A stretch of 64,000 bases of DNA from Krischvirus LF73P4, in sequence record OZ035795.1. One strand, written 5' to 3'. The translations under genes and the position numbers were made by a program. The notes under the pieces were generated by a model, which searched no databases, was not told where the DNA came from, and saw nothing but the letters and a program-made list of their open reading frames with translations. Of this stretch, positions 54,918 through 64,000 are shown in pieces. Within the stretch, counting starts at the first letter, position 1. Every line of letters starts with the position of its first letter.

Positions 54918-55772
54918 ATGGCACAAGTTCCAAAGAAAAGAATAGACACAGGTACGGTCGGCAATCCATCGACTGGCGATATCTTATATGATGGCGGTAA
55001 TAAAATTAACGATAACTTTGATTCAATATATGACGCATTTGCTGATCAACGTCTAAAAGAGATTGATCATGGTGCTGGTCGAATGGTTATTCATGCCACG
55101 GGATACTATCAGAAACACCCACGACAAAGCTATGCAGGATCGGCGGTAGAGATTGGTAGCTTACATGATATTGACACAACTCAAGGCGCATTAATAGCAA
55201 TTCTTCCTAAAGCTAAAGTTGGTGAGGGTGTTGTGTTCATAAATAGTAACGGTAGCTTTTCGGCAACAACACCACTAAACATTAGAACTCAAGCAGGAGA
55301 TTCTATTAGCGGGTATTCCGGTGACGCGGTAATAACTCAACCTTTCTCAAAAGTCACCGTCTGGTGTACTGCCGTCGAAGGTAGTAGAGTTACCTGGCGG
55401 CTGGGCATCGAAAGTATGTTTACCGACACAACCACACCACTAGATAGGACAGTTAATGTAACTGGAGTTGCAACCAACGTTGCTATTGCAGCAAAAACAG
55501 AATATGTATCAATTAAACTATTAACAACCGCTAGCAATACGACGGGTTCAAAAATGCGCTCAAGCGAAACTCTATTGATGATTGATGCCAGAGCCGGAAA
55601 AGTTTACGCGACAGAATATGCGGTTTTACAGAAAACAGAAGACGAATTATACACGGTTCGTTATTTCATTGGTTCCGGCGATAAAGTATATGCAGAGTAT
55701 AAGGCTACTGGCGAAAATATTCGTTTAGCAGTTAAAGCCACAGACACTATTAAAATCGGGGTTGCTACATGA
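54918..55772 (+). CDS. 9: baseplate wedge / long tail fibre socket protein gp9
   Basis: 284 aa; size and order match T4. Confidence 0.8.
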   Translation: MAQVPKKRIDTGTVGNPSTGDILYDGGNKINDNFDSIYDAFADQRLKEIDHGAGRMVIHATGYYQKHPRQSYAGSAVEIGSLHDIDTTQGALIAILPKAKVGEGVVFINSNGSFSATTPLNIRTQAGDSISGYSGDAVITQPFSKVTVWCTAVEGSRVTWRLGIESMFTDTTTPLDRTVNVTGVATNVAIAAKTEYVSIKLLTTASNTTGSKMRSSETLLMIDARAGKVYATEYAVLQKTEDELYTVRYFIGSGDKVYAEYKATGENIRLAVKATDTIKIGVAT

Positions 55773-57571
55773 AACAATTAATTAATATCGGTAACGTTGT
55801 AGATGACGGTACTGGTGATTATCTAAGAAAAGGCGGTCAAAAGATCAACGACAACTTTTCTGAACTTTATACTAAGCTGGGGGACGGCGATACCCCCCAC
55901 GCATCCGGTGCATGGAAAACGCATACAGCGCCATTATTAAAGCCTAATTTTGGTGATGCGTGGGCTATCAATACAACAAACAACGCGGTGTCGGTAGAGC
56001 TTCCTAAAGGTGGAGTTGGTGATTATAACAAGACAATTAAACTTCGTGATGTTTGGCGCTCGTGGGCGTCTCATAACGTAACACTTAAGCCAGCACAAGG
56101 CGATACAATTAAAGGATCACCAATTGACCGAGAATTGTATAAAGATTTTATGGATGTTGAACTGGTTTATTGTGCGCCTGGGCGCTGGGAATATATCGAA
56201 AACAAGCGAGTTGACACGATCACCACGTCTGACCTAAGCACAGTAGCTAAGGAAGTTTATATTGCCACAGAAGGGCAAACAGATTTCCCTAATGTATTTG
56301 GTTCTAACACATATAACACTCGAAATGTTGAAGTATATTATCGAGGAAACCTTTTATATTATGGTAAGTCTTTTAGTAATGACTCTAACTACGGTTCAAT
56401 TGGTGAGGATGGATCACTTGTTGAACTTGATGGCAAAAGCATAAAACTTCGTTTTCCTTGTTCGGCTGGGGACACCGTTCAAATTATTACATACATGGAC
56501 GGAATTGCATCATTCCGATCTAGTTATATCACACACACAATTAGAGTGTATGATACCGGAATGACAGCACTAGAAACTATTCCGGGTGAAGTGTGGGTAG
56601 GTGATTTATCGACGAAAAAAGAATTTACCAATGCTGATTTGGGAGTTAGTAAACGTGATATAATTAACCCAAATTCATTTGAGTTATTAATAAATGGTAC
56701 TCAAATGATTAAAGCTGGTGATGCTGATCTTCCTTCGTTTGTCTGTGAAGGTGCTGACGGAGAAACCGAAGAGAGTTGCGCACTTGCTGGCGGTCAGTGG
56801 GTACAGTCTGGAGAAGATTATTCACTGGTATTTGATGAGAATAGCATTGTAACAGGGATTAAATTAGCTAAAGCGTTGGACAATAGAGATACTATAACAA
56901 TTCGTTGGTTTAATAACGATATCGGAACTCTATTAGAATGGGATGGTGTCGGCGGAATTAAAGAAAAAGCAGACAAGATTTATCTCAATAACGAAGACGA
57001 AGTTAATTTAACAAAACAAATTGAATATACAGACTTCCAGAATCCTAGTCAGAAAAACACTCGTCCGGCAGAAGAGTATTCAGGTCGAATTATGGATATA
57101 TATTCACTGTTTGATATTTTTCATCCGGTCGGCACGATATACGAAAACGCACATAACCCAGCTAACCCAGCGACCTATATGGGGTTTGGTATCTGGGTTC
57201 GGTATGCGGAAGGAGAATTTCTTGCTGGTTGGTCTTCCGATGCCAGCGACCAGAATTTTGCATTAAACAATAACGATCTTGATATTCATGGACAACCTAC
57301 ACACACCGCTGGTGGTACTGGTGGTGAAGTTGCCTATCAAATCAAGAAAGATATGATTCCTGAATTACAATCCAGCGATCGTGTTTTGGTGAAAGACGAT
57401 ACAGGGTCAATTATCATTGGTGGCTGTCAAGTTGATCCTGATGCGGCAGGTCCAGCGTTTACGAAATATAGAGAGGATATCGTAAAAGTTAATTCTGGAA
57501 ATGCTGATCCATCAATGATGGGTATTCTTCCTCCATATCGCACCGTTCATCGCTGGTTAAGGGTAGGTTAA
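55769..57571 (+). CDS. 10: baseplate wedge / tail pin protein gp10
   Basis: 600 aa; size and order match T4. Confidence 0.8.
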   Translation: MKQLINIGNVVDDGTGDYLRKGGQKINDNFSELYTKLGDGDTPHASGAWKTHTAPLLKPNFGDAWAINTTNNAVSVELPKGGVGDYNKTIKLRDVWRSWASHNVTLKPAQGDTIKGSPIDRELYKDFMDVELVYCAPGRWEYIENKRVDTITTSDLSTVAKEVYIATEGQTDFPNVFGSNTYNTRNVEVYYRGNLLYYGKSFSNDSNYGSIGEDGSLVELDGKSIKLRFPCSAGDTVQIITYMDGIASFRSSYITHTIRVYDTGMTALETIPGEVWVGDLSTKKEFTNADLGVSKRDIINPNSFELLINGTQMIKAGDADLPSFVCEGADGETEESCALAGGQWVQSGEDYSLVFDENSIVTGIKLAKALDNRDTITIRWFNNDIGTLLEWDGVGGIKEKADKIYLNNEDEVNLTKQIEYTDFQNPSQKNTRPAEEYSGRIMDIYSLFDIFHPVGTIYENAHNPANPATYMGFGIWVRYAEGEFLAGWSSDASDQNFALNNNDLDIHGQPTHTAGGTGGEVAYQIKKDMIPELQSSDRVLVKDDTGSIIIGGCQVDPDAAGPAFTKYREDIVKVNSGNADPSMMGILPPYRTVHRWLRVG

Positions 57572-57572
57572 T

Positions 57573-58217
57573 ATGATTTCTAAAACACGTTCTAAAGCAA
57601 GCGTATTTTCTAGCGACGCAGCATTCATTTCATACGATCCGGGGTCGAAAGACCCCATTATTGGTGACATTCGCCCAATTGGTGGATTAAACGTAGACCA
57701 ATCTCGCAAAGGTTCTTTTATTAACAACGTACAATCAGCCATTGATGATTTGTATAGCATTTCTATGCTTAATGTCGGTGATGTATTGGTAACTACAAAT
57801 TCAACTCCACCGGAAGCGGCGGGACAAATAGAAACTCTTTCTTTCACTGGAACGGTAACAAATAAACACGATCCAGCCGCGACAAAAGTTGTAATTGAAG
57901 TTTTGGGTTATCCATTTGTTGTTAATGTTGGAACATCGAATGTTGCATTATGCGAAATGGTCACAACAAAATTTACTGAATTGAAAGACAAAAGTATCTT
58001 ATTCTCTAGAGTTGAGAGGAAAGGTACTGGCAACGATAAAATAGAGATTCAGTATATTGATTCAAATGCACACGAAGCAACGGTCGTAGAAAAATATGGT
58101 ATTAGCGTTCGTGGGGAAATAAATTCCCCTGCTCGTTATGGTTATGGTGCATGGTCCAGAATGGGAACGGAAGAAAAATTTGGTTCAACACTATTTTATT
58201 TTAAGCGTATTGCGTAA
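57573..58217 (+). CDS. 11: baseplate wedge / tail pin protein gp11
   Basis: 214 aa; size and order match T4. Confidence 0.8.
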   Translation: MISKTRSKASVFSSDAAFISYDPGSKDPIIGDIRPIGGLNVDQSRKGSFINNVQSAIDDLYSISMLNVGDVLVTTNSTPPEAAGQIETLSFTGTVTNKHDPAATKVVIEVLGYPFVVNVGTSNVALCEMVTTKFTELKDKSILFSRVERKGTGNDKIEIQYIDSNAHEATVVEKYGISVRGEINSPARYGYGAWSRMGTEEKFGSTLFYFKRIA

Positions 58218-58227
58218 GGTGTAAATT

Positions 58228-59631
58228 ATGAATAACACTATTAATCACGTAAAAGACGATGCACAGTATGTTAAGTTTGACCCTACCGGAAATTGGCCTA
58301 GCAATATAAAAAACGTACAAGCGGCATTAGCCGCTATTCAGGGGTTTGCTATTGCAGGTCTTCCAACGGCAACCGAAGAAACAGCGGGTATTGCTGAAAT
58401 TGCTACTCAAAAAGAAGTAGATGATGGGTTGGATGGAACTAAAATTGTTACCCCAAAAACATTGGCTGTTAAGCTGTCAAGACCGGACGCAACAAAACTT
58501 GTCAAAGGGATCACTCGCTATGCTAATAACGATGAAGCTATGGGCGATACTCCAAATATTGCAATTGGTCCTGATACATTAACCCATGTATTCGAGAAGA
58601 AGAAGGCAACGGAAACCGTACAGGGTACAATTAAAATCTGTTCTATGGATGCGGCAAAAATCGGTAGTGATGACACTATGGCGGTTACGCCTAAAAAGAT
58701 GCACGCTGCTATTGCTCAGATTGTTCCTGGATTGATCCCAGAGCAAAATACCGCTTCCGAATCCCGTGAGGGTCTAGTTAGGCTGGCAACAAGCCAACAA
58801 ACGCTTGCTGGTACTATCAGAGAAGGATTTGCCGTTAGCCCATATGCATTTTCCAACGCAAGAGCCAATGAAAATCAGGCGGGTACTGTTAAAATTGCGT
58901 CATCCCAACAAATGATTGACGGTAATGACAACACAGTAGTAGTATCAGCACAAAAATTTGCGAACACTAAAGCAACCACTGGACAATTCGGTGTTGTTAA
59001 GCTAACAGATAATCCCGGTTCCGGTGAAGCAAATGCTGCGTTATCTGCAAATGCTCGTGTATTGCCTCTAAGCGGTGGTGTCGTTACTGGTGATGTGTAT
59101 CGTCATAGTGGAGGTGACGGAAACCAGTTTACCACTAAAAACGAAATGGATGCATGGTGTATGCCAATTGGTGCAATTATTCTAACTGCATTCAACAGCA
59201 ATGATCATGGCGCATTTAAAATTTGTAACGGGCAATGGTTGAATAAACACCAATATCCTACGCTATTTGCTCGCATCGGATTTACATATGGTGGTGACGG
59301 TGGAGATCATTTCGCTGTTCCAGATATGCGCGGTCTTGTTGCTCGTGGGTGCGATTGGGGAAGAGGTTTAGACCCAGGTCGTGGATTTGGTACTTATCAA
59401 GACGACACCATGCAACATATGACAGGTAACTTCCCTGTAGCTAACCGTTGGCGCGGTTGGACTGGTGGTGCATTTGCCATCACAGGTGGTCAATGGAGCA
59501 CGAACTATAAAAACGGTGGTGGTGATGATTGGGGTAGTATTGTTAACTTTGACAGCGCAAGACAGGTTAGAACGTCTGGCGAAACTCGCGTTAAAAGCCT
59601 TGCATTAAACTACGTTATAAGGGTACAATAA
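58228..59631 (+). CDS. 12: short tail fibre gp12
   Basis: 467 aa; N-terminus YVKFDPTG and C-terminal AVPDMRGLVARG resemble T4 gp12. Confidence 0.85.
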   Translation: MNNTINHVKDDAQYVKFDPTGNWPSNIKNVQAALAAIQGFAIAGLPTATEETAGIAEIATQKEVDDGLDGTKIVTPKTLAVKLSRPDATKLVKGITRYANNDEAMGDTPNIAIGPDTLTHVFEKKKATETVQGTIKICSMDAAKIGSDDTMAVTPKKMHAAIAQIVPGLIPEQNTASESREGLVRLATSQQTLAGTIREGFAVSPYAFSNARANENQAGTVKIASSQQMIDGNDNTVVVSAQKFANTKATTGQFGVVKLTDNPGSGEANAALSANARVLPLSGGVVTGDVYRHSGGDGNQFTTKNEMDAWCMPIGAIILTAFNSNDHGAFKICNGQWLNKHQYPTLFARIGFTYGGDGGDHFAVPDMRGLVARGCDWGRGLDPGRGFGTYQDDTMQHMTGNFPVANRWRGWTGGAFAITGGQWSTNYKNGGGDDWGSIVNFDSARQVRTSGETRVKSLALNYVIRVQ

Positions 59632-61400
59632 TGATCGAACAATTAAACATTCGAAAGATCCCTAACGTCGATGGTGTCCCTGGAGAGGGACAACATTCTA
59701 TTAGCTGGATTAAAAATGGTGAATGTCTAAGCGCAGCAACCACAGAAACAGGACACGAGGGGACGCTTAACCGCGCCCCTTATGCGATTCAAGAAAATAT
59801 TGTTCGTTTGGATGAAAATTCTAAGACAACGGTAACAAAAGTTAACGAAGTTGTTACAGCAGTTAATGATATTAAAACTACTTTAGGCGCGGTTGCTGAT
59901 GGTAGTATTATTGATATTGTCAATCAAACTATTGCAAAGGTTGAGTCTGTAGAAGAAAATTTAGGAGAAACTTCAAGGACATTACAAACCACAGTAGATG
60001 AACTGGCGGAGACAGGAAAGAAAATTGGTGTTCGTCCGGCAGCAGATCCGAGTACACGAACAATATATGATGATATTTCTTTCATCAAACAAGAATTGGG
60101 CGCTTTCCCTAACTTCAATATCAACGGTTATCCAGATCCAGGTAGTTCCGGTTCCGGTATCAAATATAGAGTTATCCAGAATACGGAAGCATTAAACAAC
60201 CACGGTCAGCGAATCCGCCAACTAGAAAACGACTGGCAAGATTCTGACGTTGGAGAGCTAACAGAACAAGTTAACAAAATGCGAAGCGAGCTAGGAGACA
60301 CATCACTAGCAACACAGGACAATGTTTATCTTCGTCTTCGCACAAACACTCGCAATATCGCTAGTATATCAAACGAAGTTCAGGAAGTAAAGAAAGCGAT
60401 TCTATTTGAATCAATTCCCGATATCGGGACTAAAGTAACTAAGCTACAATCTGATTATACACAGCTTAATGATGAAGTCAACGGCTTTGACGCTGGTATC
60501 CGTCCTCGTTTAACTCTTCTGGAAAATAAGATCGGCAATCCTCAAGCCGCTGGAAGTATTGATTATCGATTGACCAATCAAGAACTGGAATTTGTAGATC
60601 TTAAATCTATTGTCGGTGTCAGTGGTGCTGATGGCCTACGTGGTGAGGTTGCACGAATCTCTAACACAGTTGGTACTGACAGTGAGCGTCATACTATCGC
60701 AGGTCGTCTAAAAATTGTAGAAAACACACAGGGACGACTAGAAGCTAGCGTACAGGATATCGAGCAAATGATCGGCGATCGAGATTCCGGTCTAACCGCC
60801 GGGGTTATTAAGCTGTCAAGCGACATGTACGGCAATCCAGAAGGAAGCACGCAGCTTGAACAAGATGGGATCGTGAAAACTGTTAAGGCATTGAGCACAT
60901 CAAATGCAAGCAAGGTAACAGACGTTCCTGATGATGGTTTCCATTATCTACGTAAGCACGGGGAATGGGTTCAGGTCGCATGGGCGGCTGGTGCATTTAA
61001 AAACACCGCTCAGATTGATATTACTCTCGACGGACAAGATCAATACAAAGGAATCCCGCTAAACGATATGACCGAAGAAGTTCCTGCGCGTGGAATGGTT
61101 AAGAGCGAATCTCTTGTTACGGTTAACGACAAAGGCTTATTCCGTTGTGTTTTCCGTTGTTCTGTAAATGCGGCACATAACGCTACTTTCGTAGTCGGTA
61201 TTGCTAAAAATGGTCAGATTGTACATGAGGTACGAAATGGTCATTATGGAACTGATGATTTAATTAGCTATTCTACCAGTGCTTTCCTAAATATTGAAAA
61301 GGGCGACCGGATCGATATTCGCATTAAGGGCGTATCCGAAGAAGCATTAGCGCAACAGCTACAAATTAAAGAGTTCCTCTTTGGAATTTCTCCGGTATAA
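59631..61400 (+). CDS. wac: fibritin (whisker) Wac with extra C-terminal domain
   Basis: 589 aa; N-terminus like T4 fibritin (EGQHSISWIKNGE); internal foldon-like PDDGFHYLRKHGEWV. Confidence 0.8.
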   Translation: MIEQLNIRKIPNVDGVPGEGQHSISWIKNGECLSAATTETGHEGTLNRAPYAIQENIVRLDENSKTTVTKVNEVVTAVNDIKTTLGAVADGSIIDIVNQTIAKVESVEENLGETSRTLQTTVDELAETGKKIGVRPAADPSTRTIYDDISFIKQELGAFPNFNINGYPDPGSSGSGIKYRVIQNTEALNNHGQRIRQLENDWQDSDVGELTEQVNKMRSELGDTSLATQDNVYLRLRTNTRNIASISNEVQEVKKAILFESIPDIGTKVTKLQSDYTQLNDEVNGFDAGIRPRLTLLENKIGNPQAAGSIDYRLTNQELEFVDLKSIVGVSGADGLRGEVARISNTVGTDSERHTIAGRLKIVENTQGRLEASVQDIEQMIGDRDSGLTAGVIKLSSDMYGNPEGSTQLEQDGIVKTVKALSTSNASKVTDVPDDGFHYLRKHGEWVQVAWAAGAFKNTAQIDITLDGQDQYKGIPLNDMTEEVPARGMVKSESLVTVNDKGLFRCVFRCSVNAAHNATFVVGIAKNGQIVHEVRNGHYGTDDLISYSTSAFLNIEKGDRIDIRIKGVSEEALAQQLQIKEFLFGISPV

Positions 61401-61407
61401 GAAATTA

Positions 61408-61428
61408 AAGGGGCGTTAAGCCCCTTTT
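61408..61428 (+). terminator. rho-independent terminator after wac
   Basis: AAGGGGC-gttaa-GCCCCTT hairpin followed by TTTT. Confidence 0.5.
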
Positions 61429-61446
61429 CCGTTTATAGGTGATATT

Positions 61447-62379
61447 ATGTCAGGATATGTAACCAATAACCCAAGAGAATTAAAAGACGCTATTCTGCGT
61501 CGTTTAGGCGCACCAGTAATTAACGTAGAAGTCACAGAAGACCAGATTTACGATTGTATTCAGAGAGCACTAGAACTCTATGGGGAATATCATTTCGATG
61601 GTGTGAATAAAGGATATAAAGTATTTCGTGTTAGTGCAGAGCAAGCGCAACACGGGGTATTTGATTTAAGCGATTCTGGAGTATTCGCAGTAACTAAAAT
61701 AATTCGAACAAACGTAGGTAGCGCGGCTACGATGGATGGCACTGCCGTTTATCCGTGGTTTACTGACTTTCTGTTGGGTTTAGCGGGTGTAAATGGCGGT
61801 TTAGGATCTGGCTGTAGTAAATTTTATGGTCCAAATGCAATGGGTGGTGATCTAGGATATTTCGAACAGCTTATGAGCTATCGAGCCACTATGCAAAATA
61901 TGCTTAATCCACTGCCAGACTATTGGTATAATAGCGCAAACGGACAACTTAAGATTACAGGAAACTTCCGAGAAGGTGATCTCATTGTTGTTGAATTATA
62001 TGTTAAAAGCTATGTAGACGTTCCTGATATGATCGGCGCGGTTGCTGGTTATGCTCATGCAGGAGGATGTTCTACCGCTGGTGGGATTAGTGCCGTTTAT
62101 GATAACCCAACCGCAGGATTGAGCGGTATTGTTGCTGGTATGGGACCGATCCGTGATAACAAGCAGGGCGCATATAATAACCGTTGGGTTAAAGACATGG
62201 CAACCGCTTTCACTAAGGAGGTGTGGGGGTCCATCATGGCTAAACATCAAGGTCTGCAATTACCCGGCGGTGTCACTGTTGATGGTATACGAATCATTGA
62301 AGAAGCACGCGCCGACATTGAGAAATTGCGACAAGAACTAGAATTATTAGATCCTCCGTTCGGCATCCTCATGATTTGA
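61447..62379 (+). CDS. 13: neck protein gp13
   Basis: 310 aa; size and order match T4. Confidence 0.8.
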   Translation: MSGYVTNNPRELKDAILRRLGAPVINVEVTEDQIYDCIQRALELYGEYHFDGVNKGYKVFRVSAEQAQHGVFDLSDSGVFAVTKIIRTNVGSAATMDGTAVYPWFTDFLLGLAGVNGGLGSGCSKFYGPNAMGGDLGYFEQLMSYRATMQNMLNPLPDYWYNSANGQLKITGNFREGDLIVVELYVKSYVDVPDMIGAVAGYAHAGGCSTAGGISAVYDNPTAGLSGIVAGMGPIRDNKQGAYNNRWVKDMATAFTKEVWGSIMAKHQGLQLPGGVTVDGIRIIEEARADIEKLRQELELLDPPFGILMI

Positions 62380-62384
62380 TTTAT

Positions 62385-62402
62385 TGGGGGAGTATTCCCC
62401 CA
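62385..62402 (+). other. stem-loop TGGGGGA-gtat-TCCCCCA between genes 13 and 14
   Basis: 7-bp perfect inverted repeat followed by TTT and the gene 14 SD. Confidence 0.4.
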
Positions 62403-62415
62403 TTTGGAGTAACAT

Positions 62416-63156
62416 ATGTTTAACAACACTCTTTTTGCTCGCCTTGAATCGCAAAAGGATTATGAGAATACACGACAAACAGAGATTCTTAATCCTTATG
62501 TGAACTTTCACAAATATACAAATACTCAGACGTTAGCCGACGTTATGGTCGCCGAAGCTATTCAGATGCGAGGTGTAGAATTATATTACATCCCTCGTGA
62601 ATTTGTCAAACCAGATATGATCTTTGGTGAGGATGTTCAAAGCAAATTTACTAAAGCATGGAAATTTGCGGCTTATGTTAACTCATTTGATGGGTATGAA
62701 GGAGCGGGTAATTTCTTCTCTAGTTTCGGGTATCAAGCTAATGATGAACTAACTTTTACGGTTAACCCCAACCTATTCAAGCATCAAGTAGATGATCAAG
62801 AGCCAAAATCAGGTGACTTAATTTATATTCCAATGAGTAATGATCTCTTTGAAATTAATTACGTCGAGCCATATCAGCCGTTTTTTCAGGCTGGCAAAAA
62901 TGCCATGCGTAAAATTATTGCAGAGAAATTCGTGTATAGCGGTGAGGAATTGCGACCAGAATTACAACGCAATGAGGGAATTAATGTTGATGAGTTTGCG
63001 GATCTGGATCTTGCACCGATCACTAATCTGGACGGGTTAACAGATATCAACTTAGATCAGTACAAAGAAGATAAGCAATTCAGAAGCGAAGGACAAGATT
63101 TTATTGATCCGTTTGATCCTATTAATGGCAAGGGTTCACCTTTCGCCGATTTTTGA
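62416..63156 (+). CDS. 14: neck protein gp14
   Basis: 246 aa; size and order match T4. Confidence 0.8.
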   Translation: MFNNTLFARLESQKDYENTRQTEILNPYVNFHKYTNTQTLADVMVAEAIQMRGVELYYIPREFVKPDMIFGEDVQSKFTKAWKFAAYVNSFDGYEGAGNFFSSFGYQANDELTFTVNPNLFKHQVDDQEPKSGDLIYIPMSNDLFEINYVEPYQPFFQAGKNAMRKIIAEKFVYSGEELRPELQRNEGINVDEFADLDLAPITNLDGLTDINLDQYKEDKQFRSEGQDFIDPFDPINGKGSPFADF

Positions 63157-63182
63157 TAAATACTCATAAACAAGGGGGTCAA

Positions 63183-64000
63183 ATGTTCGGTTGGCACTAT
63201 AATTCGTCAATTAGAAGGTATATTGTATTGCTGGGTAATTTATTCTCCGGCGTACAAATTAAAAGGGTGCGTAGTGACGGTGAGCGTTTTATTAAAGTTC
63301 CTATCACCTACGCAAAGAAAGAAAAATTCATGATGAGTCTGGACAAATATAACAATATCTTAAGCGAGGAAGACGTAGCAAAGGTAGAAACTATTTTACC
63401 TCGTATGTGTCTTTCTTTGATTGATATGACATACGCCCAGAACTTTAAAACCAATATTGCAAATAAGACAGTACCAAAATATACAGCGGATGGAATCAGG
63501 AGCGTAACACAATATAATCCTGTACCATATAAGTTTACTTTCGAGTTAGGGATTTATACGCGTAACGAAGATGATATGTTTCAGATAATTGAACAGATTC
63601 TTCCTTACTTCCAGCCTCATTTTAACTGTAAGATTAAAGAACTACACGGTAATGATGTATGGATTGATCGAGATATTCAGGTCACAATTAGTTCTATTAC
63701 TCCAGATGAACAGGTAGGCGAAGATAAGTTTTCTCGTCGTCGTCTTGAGTGGACCATTATGTTTGAGTTCATCGGGTTTATCTATCCTCCAGCTACCGAC
63801 GTTAAGGGGGAAATCAGAACGATTTATCTTGATTTTCATGCTAATTCTCGTGAATTAAATCCTAGCGGTAATTTTGAATCAGTGGACCATGAAGTTGTTA
63901 AACGTGACGTCGAGCAAGAAGAATGGGATGGAACTGTCAAAGAATCATATTCTAGTGATATTCCAATACCAGTTGCACCGACTCCACCGGGTCCACGTAT
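63183..64000 (+). CDS. 15: tail sheath stabiliser/completion protein gp15 (3' end outside window)
   Basis: Collinear similarity to T4 gp15 as recalled (ETILPR, ILPYFQPHFN, PPGPR); runs to window edge. Confidence 0.85.
   Translation, partial: MFGWHYNSSIRRYIVLLGNLFSGVQIKRVRSDGERFIKVPITYAKKEKFMMSLDKYNNILSEEDVAKVETILPRMCLSLIDMTYAQNFKTNIANKTVPKYTADGIRSVTQYNPVPYKFTFELGIYTRNEDDMFQIIEQILPYFQPHFNCKIKELHGNDVWIDRDIQVTISSITPDEQVGEDKFSRRRLEWTIMFEFIGFIYPPATDVKGEIRTIYLDFHANSRELNPSGNFESVDHEVVKRDVEQEEWDGTVKESYSSDIPIPVAPTPPGPR

Overview
The window reads as one contiguous piece of a T4-like (T-even type) lytic myophage genome. All calls come from reading the sequence, recognising motifs and recalling T4 proteins and gene order; no searches were run. 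Layout: (i) 0.2-30.8 kb, + strand: early replication/recombination genes in T4 order (47, 46, 45, 44, 62, regA, 43, uvsX, 41, 61, dda, dexA, unsplit 39, rIIA, rIIB, 52), with small unknown ORFs and an HNH homing endonuclease after gene 39. (ii) 30.8-36.1 kb, + strand: about 16 small early ORFs separated by repeated promoter/stem-loop cassettes. (iii) 36.1-44.1 kb, - strand: holin t, T2-type gp38 adhesin, gp37, an enlarged gp36-like protein, then gp2 and gp4. (iv) 44.1-64 kb, + strand: baseplate, short tail fibre, fibritin and neck genes (53, 5, 5.4, 6-12, wac, 13, 14, 15 partial). The strongest candidate for something new is an early-promoter-driven three-gene cassette carrying an N6-adenine-type DNA methyltransferase, inserted between baseplate genes 8 and 9. 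Other departures from T4: no hmC-pathway genes between 43 and uvsX, and the tail-fibre module sits directly beside genes 2/4. Products of most small ORFs are unknown.
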